From Neodothiora populina (lineage: Eukaryota), in NCBI RefSeq assembly GCF_041146345.1, contig NW_027191410.1, positions 496,001-560,000 on the forward strand: a DNA stretch of 64,000 nucleotides. Direction: 5' to 3'. The notes below the pieces were generated by a model. It was not told the DNA's origin, made no database searches, and saw nothing but the letters and a program-made list of their open reading frames with translations. The translations under genes were made by a program, and so were the position numbers. Below are positions 1 through 11,600 of the stretch, one piece after another (position 1 is the first letter of the stretch; the number at the start of each line of letters is the position of its first letter).

Positions 1-1731
1 AGACATCTCAGGCGTGATGGACCCTAGCGGACTTACTTTCTTGAACTGGAAGTGTAGCTGCAGAATACCCTAATCTGAAGATTAGCAGGTGGATCGATAC
101 GAGATTTGCGGCGTTTTAGTGCCATACCTTATCGAAGCTGCTTCTGAAGTTGCGATCTCTCTTGGCGCTATAATCCCATTCCTTGTCGACTATTCTGAAA
201 GCGATGTCCTGATACGGTGGCCCAGCGATGAAACGGATCAAACAGCTATCATCTTCACCAGCGGGAGCGAATGATTGGCCTCGCTTGCGGCCATTTTCTC
301 TCTCGATTTTGAAAGTCGGGGCTTTAGTGGCATCGACGAGATCGGGATAAAAAATATTGAATTTGTAACCTTGTACGACCTTTGGAGGGGGATTGTCGTG
401 ATCGTAATGGGTCTGATTATATTTGTTCCACTCATAACCCATCTGTACTCTGTTGAAGTAAAGAGGCTTGCGGGGCTTGTACTTGTTGGCCCAGGAGGGT
501 GGGGGTAGGTCAAGCTCTTCCTCGACGGCGAATGCTACCTCGTTGTCGCCAAATCCTCGGGCGGCTTCACGTTCGTACAGGGCACTGGTCGTACCCGAAG
601 CATGTGAGTCATGAGTGAGTTTTCGTCGTTGATGAGTAAGTGCTCCAGTCGTCGAGTCTCTAGCCAGCGTGCCAGATCGAGCGGGGATAAAACCAAGTTT
701 CAGTACCCTTCGTCGATCGGAAAGCTGTGCGACAGTCAGAAATGCCAATTATATCATGGAAAAGGGCGTTGAACCTACCAATTTGCTTGTGAAGTCGCCC
801 ACCTCGACCGACGCTAGTGCCTTGTCTTCTGGATTAAGCTTGAGGAAAGGCTCTGGGTCGAGGAGCGTGGCGGCGCGTGCAAGTTCTTTGTCAGCTGTGC
901 CTTCATCTGTAGCAGGAGCAGCGGCAGGCTGTGCGGTCAAAGTAATGCTTTGCCTCAGATGATCCTGGAACGCGTTGGCGTCCTCCGCTTGTTGCCTGCG
1001 CAACGTATCAAGGCGAGCACCAAGAAGTGACTGTGATACGTGACGTAGTCTCGCCTTGGCCTTGTAGATGGAAATGCTCTTCAACAAGTTCTCCCAATAA
1101 TCGACATCGATGGGCTCATTGGACTTGAGCTTCTGCTTAACCTGCTTGTCCAACGTTTCTAGCTGCTCATACGTCTTGGGCGCTAGTAGTTTATCGAGAT
1201 CAGGAGAGATGGAGGACATGCCGCGAGCGGCCTGAGTACGGTTTCTGCTATACTGTAGTCGGTCTCTGCAGATCACCTTCATCATCTGAAGGAAGAACAA
1301 GTCAGCAACTGGTAGACAAGCTCGCGCACGCATATCTGAATCATCCTTACATTCCAGAAATCTCGGTTGCTCCTGCTCTTCTCAAGCACAAGATAGTTGT
1401 CGATGCCCTGTTCAAGCTCAGAGAGCTGTTCATCGTCCAGGCCTTCGAAGACTCCCTCGGGGTCCACTACGGGCAGCTCTTCCTCGTCGTCGTCGTCGTC
1501 GTCGCTGTTGTATCCATCGCGGGCATTATCGAGTGCGCGTAATGTCACGGCAAGCAAATCGATAGGATCTGATCTGCCCGCGCGCACGCGAATCAAAGCC
1601 TTCTTCTTGGACTGCCTCAACACAAATTTATCTTCATCGGCGACCCAAGCATCCTCTTGCGCATCTGCAGCGCTGCGCTTTGCTGGTATCGTCGATCGGG
1701 GCGGTGGTCGGGGACCGTTGCGATCGGCCAT
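1..1731 (-). CDS. Cactin (spliceosome-associated), 3' end runs off the window
   Basis: Joined ORFs 1731-1351, ~1285-779, ~724-128 and a short exon ~71-37, with GT..AG introns. Contains cactin mid-region (PIDVDYWE) and the CactinC motif KPRKPLYFNRVQMGYEWNKYNQTHYDHDNPPPKVVQGYKFNIFYPDL...AGPPYQDIAFRIVDKEW...GILQLHFQFKK. A further donor GTAAGT lies at 36. Confidence 0.92.
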
Positions 1732-2145
1732 GCTGTGTGCGTGCTTCCTGATGTGTTCCTGTCGTGGCTCCGATCCCGGCCTGGGCTATGACGAGGTGAT
1801 GTTCTTCTTCACACCAGGATCTGCTTGTATCACTGATGCAGCGAAGAGTAAGGTCGGCCTCGGCGAGTCGATATTCCAGGTTGCGCCGAAGAGTCTTGTT
1901 CTGGTATGAAGCTGGGACGGTATTGCTGATGGTCGACTTTGATGAACCTGTGATCCGTCCCTGCACAGTGGTCTCTGTAGCCGTTTTCCTTCTCTTTGTC
2001 TGGCTATGATATAATTCTCCAAGGATCAATAGATTATTATCTGCTCTGTACCTGTAAAAGCATGTCTCGGCACCGAGGTCAAGCATCGTCACTAGCGTCT
2101 GTGCGGCCCGTAAACTCTATCCATGGCGTCAAGACCAGGATACCC

Positions 2146-2165
2146 TACCTACCTTAAGGTAGGTA
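2146..2165. promoter_or_regulatory. 20-bp perfect palindrome TACCTACCTTAAGGTAGGTA in the cactin/XLF divergent promoter
   Basis: Read directly from the sequence. The related core CCTTAAGG/TAAGGTA recurs upstream of other genes. Regulatory role is inferred. Confidence 0.45.
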
Positions 2166-2327
2166 CTTTGTTCATCAGACCCTGATATCACAGGCGAAGA
2201 CACCTAATTACTGTACCTTGTCCAACAGTACAACACTCAGTCTATTTCCGCAGCTGTCCTGTTTGAGTAACTTTCAGTGTCATAAGTGAACCATCTTGAC
2301 TACCATATGAGAGATCCATGAGGCACC

Positions 2328-3966
2328 ATGACATTTGGGAACGGTTGGAGGGTTCTCCACCACAATCGTCCTGAATTCCCAAGCGTGCTCGTCAGATTCA
2401 TATCCTTTGATACCGGCTATACTGTAGAACTGACGGATCTGACCATTGTATGGGAGGAGACTCTGGACGAGACCGCCATCTCCTTGCGGGCTGAAGAGAG
2501 TAGATGTGCCATAAACCCGGGAGATGATCCTGGTCAGTTGCGCATACTTTTGGGTAAGATCGAAGCAGCTCTGTGCCATGCTGCTGGTACTGCTGTGGAA
2601 CTCAGCAGTAAAGATGCATCGGACGACTTGATTCTCACTGTGAGCGCTCCACTACCCAAGCCCCTGCAGCCCTTGTCGTGGCAGATCAACTTGACACGAG
2701 GAGGTGCTTCTGGTCTCACCAATGCCGTCATCTCCCCACTGCTGCAACATGCACTGCATCAACAAGATCAGCTGGAAAAACTTAAAGCTCAGCTTCAACT
2801 CAAGGATCACGTCATTGGTAAGCTTCTGGACAGAATGGAGTCTGCCAACCTATATCTGGACAGTGTTTTCCTCCTCCCAAACCTGAGATTCTCAAAGAAG
2901 GTCTCGCAACGAGATCAATTCGCAGAGCATGTGCCCGGTCTTGCCCCGTACGTCCCTTATACTGCGAATCAGGCAGATTTGAGGCCCCCTATATTGAAGG
3001 ATCTACTTGGCATACTCGAAAATGTATCTAGTGCTGACGGCGACCCTTCTGTGCTGCCTGTGCCAAAATCTCGATGGTGGCATGATATCAACGATACCAG
3101 TCAAGCTCATATCACCTTAAAGGCAGAGCCTAGTATGGACTTGGATGGAAACGAGACGGACGATGAGGAATTCCAGGTGAACTCACCATCTTACCCCTCG
3201 AGTTTCCCCATGTTGTGATGTAGGACTAATGTATCTGTTCCAGACTCAAGAGACTTATAGCAGCATACCCAGCGGTATCCCTCTGAGTTCGATACCATCT
3301 GCATCAGATGAGATTGGACCCGAGACACCTCCGCCGGAGGTCGATGAAGATGCCGAGACCGTCGACGAACAAGAGTCGTCGCCACAGACTGTCAGGCCTA
3401 TCCGGACGGGTAATGCTTCCGGAAACCCGCGCTCCAAACGCGACAGATCTGAGTCTCAAGCAAGAGAGTCCAATGATGCCGATCCGAGTTCTTCAGTACT
3501 TGGATCCAGCCCGCCGCCCCTCCCGCCACCTTTGACAAGTCGACATTACAGATCAGCAACGCCCTTGTCAACAGGATCCGTACCAACTACATTAGCCTCA
3601 CCATCAAAACGTAGACTTGGGACAATTGGTGGTCTCCGTGGCTCATCACAATTGCAATCCCAATCGCAATCCCAAGCGGTCCGTGGGCTTTCTCCATTCC
3701 CGACTTTGAACTCCGACCGCCAAAGCACAGTGCCCCGCTCAGATGGTGGAGGCCAACCACTTGACTCTATTGGAGCTTCCCAGGGAACAAGTGGCTCGCA
3801 GTTGGACAAAGGCAAATCATATCGACGCGATCCTCTTTTTGGTGAAGCAGGCAGCTCACAAGTCAGAGAGACCTCGGTAGAACGCGCGAACCGGAAACGT
3901 GAAGAGCTTAGAAAGCAGCTGGACGCGAAGGTGAAAGCGCCTGTCAAGAAAAAGCGAAGATTCTGA
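2328..3966 (+). CDS. xlf1: XLF/Cernunnos (Nej1)-family NHEJ factor
   Basis: Exons 2328-3176 and 3244-3966 (intron GTGAAC..CTAAT..CAG keeps frame). N-terminal XLF-like head (LTDLTIVWEETL..CAINPGDDPGQLRILL, LPKPLQPLSWQ), coiled coil LQLKDHVIGKLLDRME, disordered tail ending in basic KKKRRF. Confidence 0.8.
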
Positions 3967-4370
3967 GACCAATGACCACGCTGCGTTGGCATGGCACCGT
4001 TTATCAGCAAGTATACATCAAGTCCGCTCATCCCTTTCAGCAGTCTTATATTCAGGTCACTCAATAAAATACTTCATCCCAAGGATTCCGCAATGTGTGT
4101 AGACAAAACGCGGTTTGGAGTCTACTCTATCTGCACGCGAGCGTGCACGGGCGCTAGCGCCTCTACCTCCTCGATGCCCTTCGCACCTCACTTAGCTTGC
4201 GACCAAAAGGCAAGTGCGACTTCCAGAATGACATGTAGATGCTTGGCAGGCACAACTGCTTTGAGCCTCTTGGTCTCTGAAACCCACGTTCTATGTCTGA
4301 TTGATAAACTTCACGGCGCGTTGCTCAGAAAGACATCTTCACTTCCAATGATCATTAACAAGCAGACAAT

Positions 4371-7300
4371 ATGTGCTTCTATAGATATCATTACTACTCG
4401 CAGTGCTCCCATGCTGAAGTATATTGTTATCAATTCTGCGATCGAGCTATCAATCTGGAAGACAAGCCAGAAGATGAGGCTTCTGCTATAAACTTGGAAG
4501 CCACGAGGCATGATAACGGGACGCGTCATGGCGATTTGATGTCCACAACAGACATTGCACTCCCTTTCCAGGACATCTCGGATCCGGCTTTATTGCTCTC
4601 GACTCAGAAAAACAGCAGCAGCTTTTTCTTTCAAACTCCATCATTAACGCAATATCGTCCCATGAGTAGCATCACAATACCCCGTTTGCCAGGATCTTTA
4701 TCAAGTGGCTCATCATTACCCCTGAACACTATCCACAGCAGCTCAGGGCATCGCTCAGAGTCAGGACACAATCAAGGAATTCCGACGTCTCCAGCATATT
4801 TTGAGGTAAACAATGCTCGGCCTTCTATGTTCTTCTTTAATGATTAACCTCAACTTAGTCAACTATGACTGAGTCGGCACGTATCACACATTCTGGTCCA
4901 TTCGGGGTCAAGCCTCATCAATTGGGGTATGAAGTCTGGGGAGACGATGTTCGCCCTCTTCGCCATCAGATGTAAGTACAAGATGGACCAGATATCACCT
5001 GTCATCACTGATTGCGTCACATAGCCATGGGGTTGTAGCCAAGCCATTGACTAGACCCTTTCTCCGTGGCGGTCGTGATGAGAGCGCCACTGTCAGCACA
5101 CTCTCTACCCAGAGCAATATCCATCGTGACAACCATGCAGCATATGTCGAAGACAGCAACGATGATGACTACATTTCACTCCAGGCTGAACGAGATTTTT
5201 TGAAACAGGAGGTACAGCGACTACAGAAGGCTGAGCACGATCGTTGCCTCGCTGTCGATTTCACGAACGTGACCGAGCCGTCCGATGTCTGCCAAGCCGA
5301 GGATGGACATAACGACCAACATGTGACTAGGACAGCTGAGGAATCTGCAGCCATGCGACTACAGAAGGCACACGAACGACAAGAACGATTGCTACCTCTA
5401 CCTCAAGAGAGTCATGCTGAGGCATTTCCGCCTCCTGCACTCGAACTTGATTCTTTCCCTTCTTTGGGAAGTACATCAACTTTGGCAGGCGCCGAAGATC
5501 AGTTTCATAACCCTGATCGCATAGCGCCAGTCCGATCTTATGCAAAAGCAGTGAAAGACGTCGTTTCCACACATGGTAAGAGAGGCATTGTCTATTTGTC
5601 CTTTAGAACGAGCACTGATCGTTTGGACAGCTCTGGCAAGCCCCAGTCAAGACAGTGACAATCAATTCCTCCCTGAAAAAGATGACCCAGTCAAGTGCAT
5701 AGTAAACGACTCAGACACGATTCGTGGAGGGCGAAAATTTCAACCACACGAGCACATTCATCGTCACAACTTGTCTAGTGCATCTAATCTTTCTCACTCA
5801 GACGCTTCATCCATCCTTGCGACTGAAAGAAGAGCGACCGATCGTCACAGACGCAAGGTGCTCCCAGAGCAATGGACGCTGCCCAATTGGGAGGACACTG
5901 AATCCAGCAACAAGAAGTCTGATGATAGTCGTTCAGATCCTCCAGCTGATAAAACCAATGACAAGAGTCCTGGTGCTGATGAATTGATCCAGAATGTCAA
6001 GACTCAAGCTCACCACAGGCAGAAAGCCCCCATGTCTGAGTATGATGATGGTAGTACTCGCAAGGTTGGCCACAGAAGCTTTGCCCCCTACACCACTCCT
6101 CCTCGGCGCTTGGTCAAGGCCAAGTCGCAGGGCAGCCTGCAATCACCGTCCAAGCATTCTACTATCCGCACGCCCAATTTTGCTTCGCCGACAGCCGCCT
6201 CGATGCTGCGATCTACAGCCAGACCTAAATCACAAAGCTCTATCGGAAGGGCGGAGCAGCAACCCGCGGTCAACAGTCAACCTACCACCGTGCCAGGCGA
6301 TTACCCATCCTCATTTCCTCGGGCAAGCGGGCTCCTCGATCACAGTGGTGAAGAAGTGGCATCTACAAACATAACCACTCCACTCCAGCCTTTACCACGT
6401 TGGCCTAAAGATGACCATCATATGGCACTTGCAGACTCAGCTGGTAACGAAGAGAACGCTAGACCTGACCAGCAAAGCCATGCAGACGATCGTGCTGAGC
6501 TTTATAGTGCCTGCAACAGCGCAACCTCGAAAGATCCGCGTACAATTTTGCCATCTGTGTTCAGATCATCTGCTACCCGCACTTTGAGTCCTGCAGATCC
6601 TACTCCAATCCCGCGACCAATCAACAAGCCACAGAGCCCTCCGATAAGGTTCGTAATTGATGCTGATTTAGACCCTGCGTCCCAACTTCAAGATGTGGCG
6701 CAGGAGCATATCGCCTCAAGCGATAGTGCACAAGACCCTCAGCGTGAGACACAGGCCGTGAGGATTGTGCACCTGAAGGGAGAGCGCGCGCCTTTGCTGC
6801 GCGCCATTGTAAGAAGACTCTCCAGTGCTGGATCTGGGTCGCAGTCTGCCCGCTCTGATCTCGAGCCCGACGGTGGAAGTACTACACCTACATCTGGAGA
6901 TACTCATCACAAGCACTCCACTATGGATACTCCTCACCTCACAATCAAGGATGTTCACGATCGCGAAAGAGAAAGTGTCACTACTTCTGTCCCCCCTAAT
7001 GCTCAGTCTAGCACATTTGTAAGGCCTCTACATTCTTCGGATGCTGCGTACAAGTCTGCCTCTTCGTGGCTTCTGGGAACGATACAGGAGAATGCGGCAA
7101 TGATTGCAGACAGGCTAGGACCGAGGATCAAAGAACACGAGTCTGCGCATTTGAACTCGCCCTGCCGACGACTTGACACAAGATCACGGGCTGATAACAG
7201 CAAGTCGGTGTCCAGGGTGCAACAGTCACCACTGAAACTCTCAAGGAAGGGAGGTTTACCATCGATATATGAAAACGGCTACCAAGCCGACTATAGCAGT

Positions 7301-8185
7301 CAAGTGGAGCGTCGTTCCGGATCCGGTAGCCTTCGTGCTACTGCGCCTGCTTTTGTACCAACTTTCAACAATTCCTTCACTCGCGCTCTGTTACCTACTC
7401 TAGACACAGCTTCTGTGCAGCAACAGCAATCGGCGCAGCAGCAATACACTTCGGCTGATCATGACCTTGACACACCAAGTATCAAGCACGACGTACAGAG
7501 GGACACCGATATCAACTTTTGGCTTTCTAATGATGACTGGGGCTCGCTCACACCAAACGAGAGAAATCATATCAGAGGAAGACGCAGAGAGCGACGCTCC
7601 AGCTCCACGTCATCAACTGGTTTCTTTGGCTCATTTGCGTCTCCGGCCAACGCTCTCATGTGTCAAAGCCCCCAGAGCAACAGGATTCGAAACCAGGGGT
7701 CGTATCCGACCCGCCCTACACGCTCTACTCGATTCGGTAGAGCCCCTCAACCTGATATAGAAGAGGCGGAACAAACGGAAGGCGGTAAAGGCTGGGGTAT
7801 CGGATCAGCTGCGCCCGGATGGTGGTATGGTTGGCGCGGTGGCGATGGCCTGGAGATATCGTTTGTCGGTCACGGACCTGACGCGGAGAAATATCCAGGT
7901 GCGCCTGTCAACTTCCACAATTACCAGCCTAAAAATGCCGAGCAAACCGACTTGGTCAACACGGGCCATATTCGCAGCCGCGAAGATTCAATGGGTAGCA
8001 GTACTGAGCAAGAGGCGAGTATTCCCAGAGCTCCAAGGAAGATGAGACATTGGGCGATCAAGAAGGGGTATCCGCAGATTCCCTGTGGAGATTTTGAGAT
8101 CACACATGCTGTTGAGCATATTGGTAACGAAGAGACGCGCCAGTTTCCAGATGGGTGGTGTCATTGCTGCAAACCCGATTATTGA
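4371..8185 (+). CDS. Hypothetical ~1217-aa largely disordered Ser/Pro-rich protein with Cys/His motifs at both termini
   Basis: Exons 4371-4805, 4859-4971, 5025-5575, 5631-8185. The three introns (GTAAAC..TAG, GTAAGT..CTGAT..TAG, GTAAGA..CTGAT..CAG) join the ORFs in frame (3654 nt total). Confidence 0.7.
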
Positions 8186-8604
8186 TACGGAGAAGTTTCA
8201 CCGTAACGGAGGATCCTTCTGTTGATGGATGGGATGCATCGCAAGATATATTCTCATCGCTGGGAAGATCACGATGGCTACCGAGGGGGTGGACCAAGTG
8301 CATGTACTCATATGGAGGCAGTGCGTCTGACATGCGTTGTAGACGTCGTTTTTTTTTCGTTTCGTTCTTCAATACCCTCAACCACAGTTGTTTCTGCGGC
8401 ATGCGTTAGAGTAGTCGTCGAGCAGGTTCATAGATGAGCAAACCTGATTATTAAGAAGAGCGAGAAGTATTGATGAAAACAACTGATTTTGATTACGAAA
8501 CCGAGAATGGATACCAGTGACATTTCAAATCATGAATAAGAGAAAAGGGTACTACATGATGACGACTTATCCAAAAACAATACAACCAGGAAAAGGTTCA
8601 TGAT

Positions 8605-11600
8605 TCATCGACCACCCTTTCCTTTTCTCTTATTATTCTGCCTACCACCACCAGAAGCAGAGCCAGGCGAGTGTGTGCCCGACCCCGCTCTGAGAGCGAC
8701 TCCCGTTGCCGGCGCACCAATACCGCTTCCAGAGCTGGATTTACGTGTATTATGTGGTGGCACGGATAGACGTTCCTGCTGCTGCTGCTGCTGCTGCTGT
8801 TGTGCCCCCTGTCGTTCATCGCTCTGTTGTCTCTGGATATGCATCTGCTGTTGTCGAGGGAGGAGACTGGGGGATGCGGTCGTTTCTCTATTCCCGCTTC
8901 CTGTTGCGCCTCCTCCTCGTCTTCTTCCTGATGATGGTGGAGCCACGCCACCGCCGCCGCCACCAGCTTGTTGAGAGGATTTCGATGATCCTTGACCTTG
9001 ACCTTGTTGTGATCTAGGCTTCAGAGCCGGTGACGGTAATCTGTCTAGGCCCCCATCTGTCCCTGTTCCTAGATGATTACTATTACTGCCGCTGCTGTTG
9101 AGCCCCGCGATGCGCGGAGAGGGCGCCTGCTGTCCTCCTAACGCCGCGCTCGTCTCACGCACCGCTCGGCTCTCTCCCGCGACCCAGTCGTCTTCTTTGA
9201 TCCGTGGCGTGTGCGGTTGTTGTTGTTGTTGTTGTTGTTGTTGGTTGTGGGATTGCGAAATCGATGCGCGTTGTTGTGCACTCGATGTTGCGTTTCTGCG
9301 CTCGGACTCGCTGGCTTCGAGGTATGCGAGGGCGGCGGAGCGCGCGCGGCCGGGCGTACATGCGCATAGACATGATTGTGTTGGACACAGGCCTTCTGAT
9401 TGCGGATCTGGGTGCTGAGGCGCGAAGGGCGGGGGCACGTTCTCGTCGACGTCGTCGTCGTCGTTGTTTTCTGCCTCGCTCTCGGCGGAGGACGCGGTGG
9501 TGTCGGGAGAGTGCCAGACTCGGAGACAGGCCGTGTGTGCTGTGTGATTGCATAAGAGGCAGGTCGAGTATAGCAGGGGTTTGTGCAGGTCGGTTGGCGG
9601 GTATGCCGCCACGGTTGTGTCTTCTGTCGATGATGTGGTGGGTTCGAGAGGGGTGGCTCCGATGGCTCCGATGCGCGCGGCTTCTTGTCGATGTTCCTGG
9701 TGCTCTCTTCGGTCCCAGATGTCGTCTACGAAAGATGCTACACTATTTTGATCTTCAAGCTGGACTATTCCGGACCCTTCTTGCTGCGTTTCAGTTACGT
9801 CATGATGCTCGACTGCTTGTGCTTTGCTTCCTTTGCTGCCGTGAATATGCTTCGCCGGCGCTTCGAACGGACTGGTCACGCACAAGCAGATCGGACAAGC
9901 CTTTTGTCTCGTCTCGCAGTTCTCGCAGCGAAACTTATTGGTGCCGTTGTTGATAGGCTTCTTACATTCACCGCACAGGAAGCTCATTGCATTGTCTTTC
10001 AATCCCTGTTCGTAGACACCTGGATATGTCGGGTACGCAAGACGTCGGAGATATGCTGCGTTGTTGAACAGTCCTAGGCGCTGAAGCTGGTCATGATAGG
10101 TCATCATGATGCTTTCAGCCCACAAGGGCTGCAGACCGGCCTTGATCAGTGATTCAAACGAGTTCTGAAGCAACGAGTAGATCTCCTCGTCGGTATACCC
10201 GAGAGCAGCAAAATGTTCGCTATAGACTGTGATGGTGCTGTCGATTTGCGATGCGGTAAGCTGATGGGTTTGAGGCAGGAGCGGTGTCAAGAGAAGCAGA
10301 AAGTGCGCGGCCGCCTGTGCGTCAGGGACAGTACGGGTATGATACTCTAGAAGTTGCTGCAAGAGCGCAATCAGTGGGAAAGGTGTGTGCTGTTCAGTGT
10401 CGACGTGGAAGTCTGTGCCAACAAAGTCTGCCGGAACAAAAGGTACCATGTCTGTATGATGGTTTGATTTATGAGGCAATGCCGTAGGTGCATTATCAGC
10501 CTTGTGTGTTGAAAGGAAGGGCTGGTTAGAAGCTCTTGAGCCTTCTCTTGAGCGGGGGAGTCTGTTTTGAATATGCACAAGAGGCGGAACAATGGTGCCA
10601 GACGCTTCCATGTTTTCTGTCAGGATGTCTTCGGGGATAGTCTCAGGGAGAACCCCCTTAGAGGCCTTCTGACCCTCTGATGATGAGGTGATCTCGGAAT
10701 CAGAAGAAAAAGATAGCTGATTGTTCAGTGCGAGGGCTTTGACATCACCCACAATATCACGGACTGGTGGTATATCTGTTGGCTGTGCATGAACCTCTTG
10801 GTCAGCTTCCTTGTCCGCTGCTGCAACATCACTATGGCTTTCTGCCGAGGATGATATCACGGTCTCTGTTGTAGCCGCCTTTCGAGGCACCATTTGGGAC
10901 GGGTAGCTGTAAAAGCTTCGCGGGAATGTTTCCTGAGTGAGATTCGGCTCCGAAGACGAACTGCTACCGATATTCATCGACCCTTGCGGACTAGGACCCA
11001 TGAGATTCTCGTGGACAGTGTCCATAAGAGACGTCATGCTTGCCACGGACGATACTGGCAGTGATGCATCGCGAGATGACACAGACGGGAGTAGAACAAG
11101 ACTATCGTCGGAGTAATGCCTCTGAGGTTTTTGCCAAACATCCATGCCGTTCCTTGATTGTGGCGGCTCGAGGCTGAGGGGTTCCTTCGACTGTACACGA
11201 TATCCACTAAGCTCAGCTTTTCGCTCACCTAATGCTTCAGCAGACTGGTACCACGGACTCTCTTTACCACCATCTTGCCTCGACACGCGATGTTCCCGGT
11301 CCATAACTTGTTGCTTCAGACGTGACGGCGAAAGCAGTGATGGAGGTAGGGCCAAGCCTTCGTCGTCTTGACTTATTGTTTGCAGTTGGGTGTGGTTCCT
11401 GCCTCGAGGAGAAATGATGTGCTCGGTCTGCGGCTTCGCGATGGGTGTCGCTACGTTGGAAGTGCTTTCGAAATGCGCTACATGCGCTGCTTCCAGCGCC
11501 TTCACTGGCTTCACAAGCGGAGTCGCTGGTTTCGAACTCAATCTCCGACCCGATGCCAGCCATTTCCTTGCTCTCTTTGCGAATGGTGATTCGTCAAACA

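Noticed and set aside
1634..2092. 152-aa ORF upstream of cactin and overlapping plus ORF 1397-1909
   Set aside because: Non-ATG starts, promoter/antisense location, no domain features.
8598..9953. Poly-Cys/poly-Val/poly-Arg ORFs
   Set aside because: Alternative-frame readings of the RTC1 polyQ/polyD microsatellites.
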